NCBI GenBank assembly: GCA_000165425.1
Contig: CT868036.1
Span: 62,001 to 126,000, forward strand
DNA: 64,000 nt
Reading direction: 5' to 3'
Origin: Paramecium tetraurelia
Lineage: Eukaryota
The notes under the pieces are model-generated. The model was not told the origin of the DNA. It ran no database searches and saw only the letters and a program-made list of their open reading frames with translations. The position numbers and the translations under genes are program-made. Shown here piece by piece: positions 1 to 12,667 of this stretch (within the stretch, counting starts at the first letter, position 1; each line of letters starts with the position of its first letter).

Positions 1-465
1 CTAAAAATATTCATTTTACTACCTGTCCTTATTACATAAGAGAACAGCACATTTCCCAGTCGGATATGATTGTTCATCAAATAAAGCTGTAACTCCATCT
101 TGGTATGTTGTTTCAATTAGCATTTGTGCAAATTTATCCTATTTTCCCACGCACCCGATAAATTTCACTTAATCCTTTTCAGCCTATGCCATCCATCTCG
201 CCAATCTAATTGTATTCAAAGCAGACCCTATGATTAAGAAAATCAACATACCACCAGGAACGTGAGAATGAGTTGGAATTTTGATCAATTCTTCATATAA
301 TTCAATATGCTTTTTCTCTGCAAAATATGTATTATTTAATTTTAATCCATATTTTTCTAGGAATTACAATGATACTTCAGCTTAAATATCTAGCAATGGA
401 CTTCCCAACCCAATTATCTTTTTTGTTGCGAATTAATATTTAATTATACTAATTATATTTTTCAT
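1..465 (-). CDS. ADK: Adenosine kinase (PfkB family), 5' part; runs off window start
   Basis: Ciliate-code translation MKNIISIIKYQFATKKIIGLGSPLLDIQAEV...VPG|GSALNTIRLARW...FIGCVGKQDKF...PTGKCAVLL matches adenosine kinase motifs; two tiny GT-AG introns. Confidence 0.88.
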
Positions 466-573
466 AACATTTCCTTTCTATTTTTGGTTCTTTATATATG
501 GAATATAAAGATATTAATTGAAATAAAGTAGAATGTTAAGAATATTGTAAAATTAGTTAGTATAAAACATTAA

Positions 574-3322
574 TCAATTTATTCTAATTTAGGAAAAGGT
601 TCTTATTTACCTATCAATTGTATCTAGCTAAAATTATTATAATATAAGTTACAATGACTATGTCAACTAGAGCCTCAATGATTACAAATTTGGATTACTT
701 GATTTGAGTTGTTTTCAAATATAATATCTACTATTCTTAACTCATGACTCTATTTTTTCTGAATGTATTGGACACATAATCTTAGAGTTTCTTCTCGAGA
801 ATCAATAAAAATGATTCATATTCCTTTTGGTTGTTCTCTAATTTAGTATACTCCACTAATAAGGCATTTTTAGATTTGTTAATTTTTTCATATTCTAATT
901 TCAAGGTTGCAATCTTCTATTCCAATTACCTTTGACTTTATGTTTTTTCATTTTATTCAATTTACTTTTGCACTTCACTTGATCTATGAGTCTTTTGTAA
1001 ATCTTGTAGTTCATTTTACAAATCGGATATAGTTTAATCTCTTATTTGTAATTTTTGGATGTACAATTATTATTCTGACTTCAGTTATGAGATCTCTTAT
1101 CTTAATTTCTATTCATTTCTATGAAGTTGGTTGGTTTTGTTGTTCAATTCATTTATAATGTTTTCACAGTTGTCTAATTTGAATGATTTTTGAATGTGTA
1201 AGAATATTTCTTATTTTTAATTTAATTACTCTTGCAATTCTAAAATGGTATTTCTATATAATTGATTTTCTTATTTCCAATTATCTTCAAATAATTCAAA
1301 GGATTTAATTGACATTTCCAGATTTTCTATCACACTCAAATTATATTAATTCTCAGTTTGCAGGGATTTCAATTCTTATTCTAAATGCTGATATTAACTT
1401 TTGAGATTAGTATATTGTTATGTCAACTGATCATATTCTCTTTTGAAATCATTATTTTATTTGATGTTGATATTTTCATCTTCTATTTTTTAGACATATT
1501 CAGACAATCTATTAATTTCCAATTGCTACTATTCAATTTAAGCATTCAATTGATTAGTTTCTGCCTAGAATGACTAATTATTTTGATAGATTTCCACATG
1601 AATTTATTCTAGTTGCAATCTTAATTAAGAATTATACTCAATTTATTTCTACAAATCTGAATCTAGTTTTTAGATATTCTAATCCTTCTCCTCATATATG
1701 CTGGATTGATTCTATTAATTTTGAAATAATTGAATCTACATTTATTCAATTTTCTCGATATATTGTTGAACTTCTTCTTTCAATCCATCATATTAATGTT
1801 ATAATGATAGTTTAGAAACCTCCATCTAGTCGAAATCCTCTTTGATCTAATCATAGAGATAATCTTTCATCTTCATTTGATCTTCAAATCCTCTTAAAGT
1901 AGAAGCTAGTATAGTCTTGTGAGCCTGTTGTTGATCACTAATGTTTTATTCCAACTCCTTTTTCTTTTTTTACAACTTATAAATAACGTCTTCCTATTGT
2001 AATAACTGTATTTTCAACTTATTCTAATACTCAATATTCTCATTCAACGTTTAGTAATTCGTAGTATCCTCCTCTTTAAATGATAAATTCAGAGACTTCA
2101 AAATCTAAACAATATAACTCTTCTTTTCAGCATACTCCTGCAATTGTCCCTCCACAGTTTCCAGTTCCATTTGCATAGCACTTTAATGGATCTATTGAAG
2201 TAATTTCTGTATCTCATCAAATTACATATGCAATTAAGATTACAAGGCATCACTCGGCTATACATTTTCTAGTTCCCTTGATTTCTTGGCTAATTCTTCC
2301 TTAAGTTATGAGATCTGGAGATTCAGCTTAGTAATCTCTTCTCCTGAATACTCCTTATTGACATGAGCTTTAACTTTTATTTGTTTAACCCTCTCTGCAA
2401 ATTTCAAAGTGGAAATGCTTTCCTCCTCATGCAATGGGTTAACAGCAGCCACCATGAATGTCTTTGAATTGCCTCCAAGAGAATCCTTCAATAGAGTAGT
2501 AAGTTTGGAATCTCTGAAGGGTATATGAATTTTATTATTTCCTTTTTCTCTCTCTACAATTGCATAAATGACCAATCCAAGCTGAGTCAAGCTTTTATTG
2601 ATGGCTTGAGTTTCCTTTAGTCTTTACCCTTCAGTTTATGCAGTCTTCTAACGCTCTGAGCCAGCTAAATCAACAAAGTACATTTTTGAATATAAATGAA
2701 CTTCGCATTTTTCTTATTAAATTGAAGTAGAATATTGAATTAAAAATACTGCGTGACTTCTTGAGCTTTCACTATTCATTTTAGTAGCTGCAATGTGTCT
2801 TGTTGAATTGCCCTTTTTCAATAAGGCAATCGCTTCATCATAATTTGAGACCACAACGGCATTCAAATTTTCAACATAGATGCCTTTCTTAGGATCTTCT
2901 CGTATTTGTAAAGAATTGGAAGAGGAAGAGAGCAAATCAAATATTTACTCATTGTAGATTTCTAAATATGAACCCTTGATGATAACATTGGGATCCTCAA
3001 TAGAACAAGCAAATATGTACTGCAAACATTAAGGAAGTAACCCATCATTATTTCCTATCAATGTATGAGTTTTGCCACTGCCAGTTTGGCCATAAGCAAA
3101 GACACACCCATTGTAACCTTGTAAAGCATTGTTTATCAGTGGTTATCCTATCAAGGTGAAGACATCCTATTATGAAGCACTTGGAGGAATCACATGATCG
3201 TAGTGATATTGCTTGTTCGATATCAATAAAACGGTCGAATCGCACTCGTCAACCTTAATACAACCCTATTCCGGCTTTACTCTTACTACCACTTAAATGT
3301 TATTTTAACGATACTCTAACAT
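574..3322 (-). CDS. Kinesin motor protein with N-terminal motor and long coiled-coil tail
   Basis: [11 protein letters not shown]-loop, NSESSRSH switch [19 protein letters not shown]; 3' end is 574 if introns 628-652 and 584-610 are spliced, otherwise 614. Confidence 0.93.
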
Positions 3323-3613
3323 GTATTATTATATTTTGAATTAATTTCAAATTAATGCTAAATAAATTAGTTTAAATCTCAATCAGAAAAGTAGTTTTTT
3401 GTGATCATTTGCCTTTCCCTTGTTTTTTTTTAATTGATTAAATTTTCATCCCGTTCAGTTATACGAAGCTGCATTAAATCTGTCCTACAATTCCATCATT
3501 TAATAAACAATAAAGTCACATTTAAATGAAACAGAATCTATCAGAATTCAATCATGTTATTTATATACTAGCTTCGATAATTAGGAAATCAATAATTATT
3601 TTAATATAAATAC

Positions 3614-3873
3614 ATGTAAATTTTCATAAAAACATTGGCAGGCAAGAAAGTCTCATACAATATCGAAGCAGATAATACAATTCAATAACTTAAAATGCAA
3701 TTATAGGAAAAAGAAGGAATTAGCTCTGAATAATTTAAGGTATTTTTTAATTGTCATTGTTTTAGCTCATCTTCAAAGGAAGACATCTCTAAGAGGATAA
3801 TAAAATAGCTGATGCTCAAATGTAAGCTGGAGATACTGTCCATATGGTCATTTAATTGAGAGGAGGATTTTGA
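3614..3873 (+). CDS. NEDD8: Ubiquitin-like modifier NEDD8/RUB1
   Basis: MQIFIKTLAGKKVSYNIE...EKEGISSEQFK|LIFKGRHL...VHMVIQLRGGF*; 25-nt intron 3740-3764; non-Arg residue at position 72 and one residue after GG. Confidence 0.85.
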
Positions 3874-4060
3874 GCGGATCGTAAATTATGATTGTTTAAT
3901 ATACCTATAAAATATGTTTATACATACTTTTCATAATATATTCAAACCATTCCACTTATATGTACATCTCATGACCTTTAATGATAGAAGTAATTGAAAA
4001 ATGATTTATTGCTGACCCAATAAAAACCAAAAGTAATCCAATCAATAAATGGCAAACTTA

Positions 4061-4309
4061 TCACTTTTAGTGAATTCTTTATAAATATTTGAGTAAACCA
4101 AATGTTGATATTCTAATAAACTGAACTGTTTTAGATTTCTTTTGTTTGGATAAAATAATAGAATTTTAATTCTACTATTTCTACTATTAAGAATAATTTT
4201 TTAATGTAACTTCTTGGTTTTACACAAGATTACTGAACTCAGATACAGCGTTGTTTTGATAAAAAGATAAAAATATATGAAACAGCTCATAATTATTATT
4301 GTTGTCCAT
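4061..4309 (-). CDS. Small hypothetical protein
   Basis: 82-codon ciliate-code ORF MDNNNNYELFHIF...; no recognisable motif. Confidence 0.3.
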
Positions 4310-4320
4310 CTAATGACTAT

Positions 4321-5866
4321 TCAATGAATAGTTTTTGCCAATTTAATCAATTCTATATACACTAAGGTTTCTTTGTCAAGGGGAGTTTGAAGATTGGCTT
4401 CCAACTCCTTTTCAATCCCTTTAGTGAAATGGTGGATGATTTGTTCTTCATTTTCAGAGATCTTAAATGATTAATTAAGTAAACTTTACTTTTGGACACA
4501 TCTGTTGGTAAAGCACTTGTTGTCGTTTAGACATTTTTACCAACGAAAACATAATGTCAGAGATTTAGTGAAATAGACTCTTATTCGTTTTGATTTGCAA
4601 CTCTAATCTCTTGATTTGAGTAATAAATTTATGGAAGGAGGGAATGTAGAGATGCTGCTTTTGATTATCTGAATCTTTGAAATTATGTTTGATATGTTCT
4701 TCGTAAAATGCATTGATTTTTGGGATTCGATTCAAGTCTCTAAAGAGGACTGGCATTGTTCCGATGTAATCTTTTAACAACAGTTGAATTCCGTATTTGT
4801 AAACAATGAAGAGTCCTTCAAGATCATAATTTTATTGTAATTTCTCTGCCAAATCAATCCAGTATCCCAAAGCATCCTGGCGATCATGTTTGCTAGGGTT
4901 GCGCACGACTGAATAAATGATAAATTAAGAGATCGTATTGATTCTTCGAAAATACTAAATTTAGATTTGATATCTTACATGATTGAGTCCTCCCTTAACA
5001 ATAATGTTCCTTATCTGTAGTTCAGCGTAGAACTAGGAGTTGATGAAACTCAAGACAAAAGCAACTTCTTCAGTCGACCAAGGCAGGACTTGATTGTGTT
5101 TCATTAAAGGCATGAATGTCTTTTATTGAATAATGTCGATTGACAATGAGCTCCTTTGGGAATCAGTGCATTCCTTAAATATGCTCTTGTCTGGAAAGGG
5201 TTAAATGATAGATTCAAATATTGTTAGGAGTTAAAAGTCGATTCTGAATTCATTAACTCTTAAAGATATCATTAATGCTAAAAATTCAGTGATTGAATTA
5301 GAATTTGAAACAAATTAAGCCATGTCTTATTGGTTTTCATTGCAAACTGCTTTCCACAACAAGAAAAAAGTAAATGTCACTAGATTGGTGAAGTAATCTA
5401 ATGTAAGAACCAAGGTTTATTTCAATTGTTGATCATCACTATTAAAAGTTGTTTCTATAATTGTATTAAAAGTAGAGTCTTTGAAAAAGCATTCAACTTT
5501 CAGACATTTCTCGGTAAAGTTAGCCAGCCACTCTTCCGACGATTATGTGGAGATTAGGAAAACCTTCTTAGCCTATTCTGAGAGACTTTCAGAATCTTTT
5601 TATATTATGGTATTTTTTGTTACCTATACGTTTTTGGTAGTTCTACCATTAGGATTCTTCAAGTAATGTTCTTGAACTATGAAGACTACTTGAAGAGTAA
5701 GAAGTGTCACATTAATAAAGCTTCCCTTCACTCAATTATTCTTAACCATCAGAAATATTGGAATAGAAACTAGTTGTTTTGTTTTGCGATTGTACATCAT
5801 GGGTCTTTGCTTTGATTATCTCGAGTTCATTGTCTTCCAATAATATTTTTAGAGGTGGTTTCCTCA
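4321..5866 (-). CDS. Divergent RasGEF (CDC25-homology) domain protein
   Basis: EEVAFVLSFINSQFY, FRRINTISQFIIYSVV...RQDALGYWIDLAEKL, YIPSFHKFITQIKRLE follow the order of CDC25 domain helices; two tiny introns. Confidence 0.6.
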
Positions 5867-5930
5867 TTTTAATTTTACTAAGTATATTATATATAAAAAA
5901 TTAGAACATTAAATCTAAAATTAACTAAAT

Positions 5931-6855
5931 ATGATACAAGGAGCTCAGACTGACTTCATCTATGTATTTTATTTATAAGATATTGATTATGATAGATCTT
6001 AAAGAAATATAAAAAAAGTAAAAGGTATTCCTCAATACAAGAAATACACATCCAATGTAAGATTGCTATTCTACTTAATTGCAGGTATCATCGATGAATT
6101 GACAGGGGAAAACAAACAAGAACATCACAATAAATTTTTCGAAATCCTGCAAAGTTCTTTAACTACGATTGGCTCTTTTAAGTTTTTAATTCTTTGTCAC
6201 AAACTCATTTACTAACTCTAGCAAGAATTTACTAGCAGATTTATTTCAAATAAGCTCATACCCGGAGATCATACTGATAAGTCCAGATTGGCTATTTACT
6301 ATTATAATTTTTTATCCAAATTATGCGAAAACTTCGATTACTACAAAGAAGTGATAGATTTTATTGAAACTGAAAATATAGTAAAGTTTTTGCAATATGA
6401 ATTACTTGTTCAAATCCAAATACTATTTCCATTGGCATCCCTACTCCAGGAATTGTCTTAAGTAACTTTTCCAATTTATCAGGTTGTCAAATTACTAGAC
6501 TACTTACTTTGTAGGGAATCCCCACTTCTTCTTCAATTGGGAACTTGCATTCTGAAAGACTTTTGCGTTATTTATAATTTCCTATCCGCAGCAATTCAGG
6601 AATTGCAAAGTAGAAGTTTTTATAAATCCCTTAGTATAAATTTTGAAAGTTCCTTTAAAAGAAGCCAAAGTGCTTTATCACGTATATCAAATCACCATCC
6701 AAATGACAAAATGCATGAAGAGACTCCAATAACTCAAACTCTACTCTAATTTTAAATAACCACATTACTTCATTATCACCATTGAATTGAACAAGAAAAT
6801 CGAACTCCACATGTTAAACTCCATAAAACTCTCTAACATTGAAATTAGTATATGA
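5931..6855 (+). CDS. ANTH/ENTH-like domain protein
   Basis: KFLILCHKLI, SRLAIYYYNFL, KDFCVIYNFLSAAIQEL, EAKVLYHVY resemble ANTH helices; tiny introns. Confidence 0.55.
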
Positions 6856-6874
6856 CATATATACATTTTTATAT

Positions 6875-7216
6875 TCAAAGATTCACCTTCTTCCTAACTC
6901 TGTCCATAGCTATAATTGAGCTTTCACTAATTATATCACATCGTACTTGGCTCTGGATAATCACATCTTTGTGTTAGATTATCACTTGCAATTTTTGAAT
7001 CTCCTTCTAGCATTATTCAACCTCGGCCTTCGTCCTATTGTTTTTGCGTCTTTATTTATTAGGCACTTTTATGTTACTCTTTAATAATTCATTCTCCTCC
7101 CTCAACAACTTCAATTGCGTCGCTACTATTTCCAACTTATTTTAGAGCCTGGCCAATTGCTCCTCCAATAAATGTCTCTCATTCAACACTGCTCTGCATG
7201 AATCACAATACTCCAT
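6875..7216 (-). CDS. Hypothetical coiled-coil protein
   Basis: Open ATG-TGA frame MEYCDSCRAVLNERHLLEEQLARLQ... with heptad character. Confidence 0.65.
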
Positions 7217-7254
7217 TTATTTTAAATTAAAATAATATCTAAATTTTGAGCATC

Positions 7255-7614
7255 TCAAAAATCTGTTACTCTTCCCCTTCCAATCCAATCTCCATATCTA
7301 GTTGGTTCTGGGCCCTTAACTTTGAATCCTACCTCAGGTGGCATCCCATTTTTATCCAATTCATATGGCTTGGCTTGCTCTCCGCTCTATTGGCTCTTAG
7401 TTATCTTGTATTTCTGAATCAACTCCTTCAATTCCTTTGCCTTCTCTATTTATTCTTGCACTTCGCCTTTCTCATTTTCTTTTAAAAATCCTAATGGGTT
7501 CATTAATTCATCCATCTATTTTTGGGAAAGCTGGGCACCCATGATACTTGAAGGTTTTGGGGGAACCTTCTAAGAGGTGCTAAACAAATGCTTGCAAACT
7601 AATCTTAATCTCAT
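7255..7614 (-). CDS. SDHAF4: Succinate dehydrogenase assembly factor 4 (DUF1674)
   Basis: C-terminal KGPEPTRYGDWIGRGRVTDF*; Arg-rich mitochondrial-type N-terminus. Confidence 0.92.
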
Positions 7615-7797
7615 TAAATTAAATAATAACTTTATAAACATAATTGTGATTAACATTATTCAATATGTATAATGCACATACAAATTATTTTTTAACCAAA
7701 AATAAAGAGTGAACTAAATTCATTAACTCAATATTAAGCTTAATTTTAATTAAACAGACACGCCTCTAATTTATTAGATAATTCTTAAATTAAAGTT

Positions 7798-8616
7798 ATG
7801 TAGCTTCGAAGTTGTAAGTTTAACCAGCCTCCTAGAAGATAATATATATCCCCATATCAAATATTTTATTAAGAACAATTGAATATATTGTTGAGCCAAG
7901 GAGTTTGCATTAATATGGTTGGTGGTCCCATCTCAAAAGCCTGGTAGGAATTGACATCTGAAATGCATGAATATTATGAAGAGTAATTTGAATAATGCGA
8001 AGAACAATTTTAGGAGTAGCTAATCTACTTTTATGGTGGTAATCAAAAACACATCAATCAATTGAATGAACTCAAAAATATTCCTTCTAAACCCAAAAAG
8101 CCTCTCACTCCTTAATTTGAATATATAATTAAAAATAGGTACAAATTTTAATCTAGAATAATCAATTGGAAATAGTCTTTTTCATTTTTAGTCCAAGAAT
8201 ATTTTAAATAGTCTTAAAATGTTAGAGAACAATTAGAATTCGATTTTGAAAGAAAAATGAAAGACTACAAAGAAGCCATTGAAAAATGGAATTAGTAATA
8301 AATTTTTATAATATTTAGAATGTATGCTGAAAAATATAAAACTTTAGAAAACAATACTATTGAAATTTATAACAAATAAAAGACTGAAAATGATTTTGAG
8401 TACTAAGAATTACAATTTTTCAGACCTATTAGAAAATTGAGAACAAATAAAAAAGAGGATCCTGCATAAACATACATTGATTTTAAAAATGTCAAGAAAT
8501 ATCCAAATAGGAATGAAGATTTTGGTTTGAGAGAGCTACAGACTAATACAGAACAATTTGCAGAAGAGGTTCAACAATTAGCATCTAAATAAACAAAGAA
8601 GGCAAGACAATTTTGA
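7798..8616 (+). CDS. Tandem HMG-box protein
   Basis: PPRRQYISPYQIFY...ISKAWQELTSEMHEYY and KPKKPLTPQFEY...DYKEAIEKW; one tiny intron. Confidence 0.75.
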
Positions 8617-8712
8617 GAAGTATGTATATTTTATCTAAAGTTATTGTGACAATATTTGCACTTAATTGAAAATCTTAGATTATCATATTCTTAGTATGTG
8701 ATATAAATGATA

Positions 8713-9068
8713 TCAATTACTATCATGTTCTAGAGTTCTTTGTTTAGCAAAATATTTTCTAGCGTATTGCTTTGATCTTAAAATACCCGTTTCTGAGTGG
8801 CAATGTGGCTTTTATGGATTGAATTTTTGATGATGCGATCTTATAGAGTTTTATTATACCTACACTAACTAGGAGTTCTTGTGCCTACAACTTAACTCAT
8901 TTTCTTAAATAATCTTTATCCTTTGGTGTGATTGTTGTTTTCTTCAAGGAAGCTAAGATAAGCCTTGTGTTCTGCTTCGTTCCAGTGTCCTTATTTTTTA
9001 TTTATTTTCTTCGATCCAGTCAGGATATCATTAGTTAGTTTCGTGGCTTCAGAATCATTCTATGTCAT
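8713..9068 (-). CDS. Single-repeat Myb (SHAQKYF-like class) transcription factor
   Basis: GHWNEAEHKAYLSFL...FKKMSQVVGTRTPSQC|RSHHQKF; 20-nt intron. Confidence 0.88.
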
Positions 9069-9172
9069 TAATTTACAATTAAAATACAAAAAATATGTTC
9101 GGATTGAAAAAATCAAGCACTCAGAACTTTGGATTAATAATTATATAATTATTTTTTAACTGTTAAAATAAT

Positions 9173-9439
9173 ATGGGTATAACATGTTCTTAACCCAAAA
9201 AGTCAACTCTGACTCTCACAACAACATAAGATGAGGAAGATCCAAACTATGAAATCAAAAAATTATTGAGTGAAGAAAGAATAACGAAACTTCGAAAAAC
9301 ATTTCCACGTCCCTCAAAAACCTATGAATCCTATTTCCTTAGTTAAATTAATAATGATAACACAATGAATATTAATAAATGTTGTGATGAAGAAAAATTT
9401 CATAAATCAAGTAAATTGGGTGTTTCGCTTATTTGTTGA
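9173..9439 (+). CDS. Small hypothetical protein with N-myristoylation/palmitoylation motif
   Basis: 88 aa, starts MGITCSQ (Gly2, Cys5, Ser6). Confidence 0.55.
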
Positions 9440-9727
9440 GGTTATTTTATGTCTTGCATTAAATCTATTAAATTTTCTTATTGATTTATTTATTAATTTT
9501 GCTTTGGATTTTCTTAGGTGATTATCGAAGAAGGACTTTCTATAAAATAGTCAGAATAATCCATAATATTCATTTATTATTATTAATTTTGGTTAGCTGT
9601 AGAAGTATTTTACTTATTATTATTTTCAAAAGAAAAAAAATCTTAAGGTTGCTTTTAACTTTAGCAATCCATCTAAAACTATTAAGGCCACTATTGATTA
9701 TCTAGAAAATAGTTAGTCTAGTGTTAC

Positions 9728-9808
<81 letters not shown>

Positions 9809-10634
9809 TATTATTATTTTTATTATTATTACTCTGGCTAGGTTTATTTTTCTTTACCTATTACTTAATCTGCTTTTGATTTAATAAATCCAAAAGCATC
9901 ATTAAATCCACTTTTTATACTCTTATATGCCTTATCTGCAATCTAAGTAGATTTTTCCTAATCATTAAATAAGAATTTACTCCAAGTTATTTAGTTTTTG
10001 CTGTAATTTACTATCCTAATTAAACTGCCTCTTCCTTGATTTACACCTTGGAGATCTTCTCATCAATAATTGCAAAAGCCTCTTTAGTTGATTTAGAAGC
10101 TTATTCCCAGAACTAAAATAATAGCAAAGATTAGGTACATTTTATTACTCTTGAGTCAAAGGAGGATCTGGTTAGATTTGAGATTATTATTGTGAAATTT
10201 ATGGTTTTGGGGCCTCTTGTATTGCAGCCCAATCATCTGGCTCTTCAGGCATTTATGTTTCATTAACTAACGCCCTCATCTTAATAATATGAAAATTTGA
10301 AGATTACTTATTCTCTATAGTAATGAGCAGCATTAGTCTTCCATTTGTGAGAATCGGTAATTTAAATTCCATGAGATTAAAAAAAGAGTCTTAACTGCTC
10401 ATTTCCACCTAAATGCATCATAGCCAATTATTTATCAGTCCAGGAATCCATTTCAATTGATCTTACAAATGTAAGATGCACTCCCATCCCTCTATGTAAC
10501 CCTGAGCAATTGTAGCAAAGGTAGATCCCATAAGGTAAACTTGCCCAAGTTGGACTTCCTGTCTGACACTCAAAGCAATATCTATTTTCTCCAGTTTGCA
10601 ATTTTCTGATTTAAGCAATAGCTTTATTATTCAT
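9400..10634 (-). CDS. ADP-ribosylation factor GAP (ArfGAP1-like) with poly-Gln tract
   Basis: CFEC...WASLPYGIYLCYNCSGLHRGMGVHLTFVRSIEMDSW zinc finger with Arg finger; tail ends ENLIDL...NLLDL*. Confidence 0.93.
9724..9831 (-). repeat. (TAA)n microsatellite encoding QQQQK-Q31 in ArfGAP
   Basis: Perfect (TTA)25 on the + strand plus flanks; in the ArfGAP frame it reads TAA/TAG. Confidence 0.95.
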
Positions 10635-11538
10635 TTTAATTTATAGACAAGTCATGAATATATTGTCATGTATAATTGTATTTGAGGTTGTATGAACAGT
10701 ATAATATATATTTATATTGACTCTTAACCATTAGAAAGTTAGATGATAATTTTATACTAATTATCATATTAGTTGTCATCAACTTTAGTAGTCTAAGTAA
10801 TATCTAATATAATAACCCTCATTATTCCGTTGGAAAGGTGTTTTTATAGAAAAAAAGAGAAATTGAAGAGGCATTAATGATTTAGACGATTGATCCAAGA
10901 GAGTGTTTTATGGTATATATTTGATATGCTAGAAAAACAAAATAGGACACTAGGGAATAAAAACGAAAATGAAGTATAAGTTGACGATTCTCGTTAATTC
11001 ATAGGTAAAGTTGATAATAGTTTGGGTGGCTACTTAATTATGGAGTTCTCTTAAAATTTTGATCAAGTATTGGTTGGCATCTCATGCCTTCTCCAAAATA
11101 GCATAAAACCTATTAATTGAGTAAGGTTAAGGAGGTTGTTTGAAGCAAAGAAGATATTGAATAAAATTAATTCTCACATTTGGCGGGGATTTTATTAATT
11201 AAGGAAGAAGAGGGAAAGATTTTGTCTATGAATTGAAACTTTAATTTCAGCCTTTATAGACTTAGAAGAGGAAGACCTTGCCATTAATTTGTAATTCATT
11301 ATGAAAGATATGAAGAAATGATTCTAATGTATGAATTAATTAATATCTCGTTGGGGGGGAGGTAGGGGAGTTGTTACAAAATTAGAATGAGAACTTTATA
11401 GTGAAATTTAATTAGTTAAAGAAATGGGATGACTGGCCTTCTATGCGGTGGGTCCATAATAATATATATATATATTGGTCACACCGGGGTATTGAAAGAC
11501 AGTGTTTGATTGCAAGATTTTAAAGAATTATTTAAAAC

Positions 11539-12648
11539 ATGATTAGCATCCAAGAGTGTCCAACTTTAAGACCTACTCAGTAAGAGTTTGATAACTTCTA
11601 TGAATATATTGAGAAAATGGATAAATAGTATTCTGCAAACTTTGGAATGGTGAAAGTAAATACTAACATTTAAATAAATCACAGATCATTCCTCCTAAGA
11701 ACTTTAGAGTTCGCTAATAGGATTATAATAAATCATTAGACAACCTCATCATCCAGGGCCCCATAGAGTAGAATGTGTATGGCAAGGGAGGTAATTACGA
11801 ATGTCTTCACATTCTTAAAAAATCTATGCCCTTAAAGGATTACAGAAATAAGCAATTGGATATTGATAAATAACACGAAAAACTAACTCCCGATCAATTC
11901 GAGAGGCTGTACTGGAAGAGTTTAGCTTTCAGTCCTCCCTTGTATGGGGCTGATATAAAATTGTCTCTAATGGATGTCAATAATGCTTGGAACCTCAATA
12001 ATGTCACAAGTCTGTTAAATTACGGACTCAAAAACCGTATACCTGGAGTGAATGAGCCGTACATTTACGTTGGTTCTTGGAAAACATTTTTTGCTTGGCA
12101 TAAAGAGGATCTTGATTTATGCAGTGTCAATTATCTCCATGTGGGTAAAGATAAGTATAAATATAAATAATAATAATAGATTTTGGTACTCGATTCCTGA
12201 GGCTGATAGTCATTTGTTAGAAAAGTATACAAGGTAGATATACGGAGATCATTTCAATAAATGCTCAGAATTCTTGAGACATAAAACAACAGTAATCAAT
12301 CCTTACTTGTTGAAGGAAAAGGTACCAGAAATTCGCATCTCAAAAATGTCTCATCATGAAGGTGAATTCATGTTTATTTTTGCTGGGGCCTATCATCAAG
12401 GCTTCAATTGTGGATTCAATATTGCAGAGGCTGTCAATTTAGCCACATTAAATTGGTTGCCATTGTTATTAGAGGCAAAAACATGCAAATGTGTGAAAGA
12501 TAATGTCAAAATAGATACTTAAGCATTTGCTGAGAATCTAAAAAAGTCAACATTGTACAAGGATCATGAAAAGGTTAAAGAATTTGTCGAAAAGGCAAAA
12601 AACATGCAAAAAATACTCCACAAACCTATCAAAAAAGTAAAGATGTGA
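11539..12648 (+). CDS. JmjN/JmjC histone lysine demethylase, KDM4/JMJD2 type
   Basis: JmjN PTLRPTQQEF...GMVK|IIPP; JmjC YVGSWKTFFAWHKEDLDLCSVNYLH, YHQGFNCGFNIAEAVN; Zn ligands C..H and CKC; two tiny introns. Confidence 0.93.
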
Positions 12649-12667
12649 TTTAATTAAAATAACTATT

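Noticed and set aside
1385..1815. Supplied + strand ORFs rich in I/L/F (and similar ones at 7246, 9481, 36263, 52595, 55433, 62740)
   Set aside because: Antisense shadows of real - strand genes; the ORF track treats TAA/TAG as stops
9724..9831. (TTA)n as telomeric or CRISPR-like repeat
   Set aside because: Simple trinucleotide run in frame within ArfGAP; no spacers and no C4A2/C3A3 units
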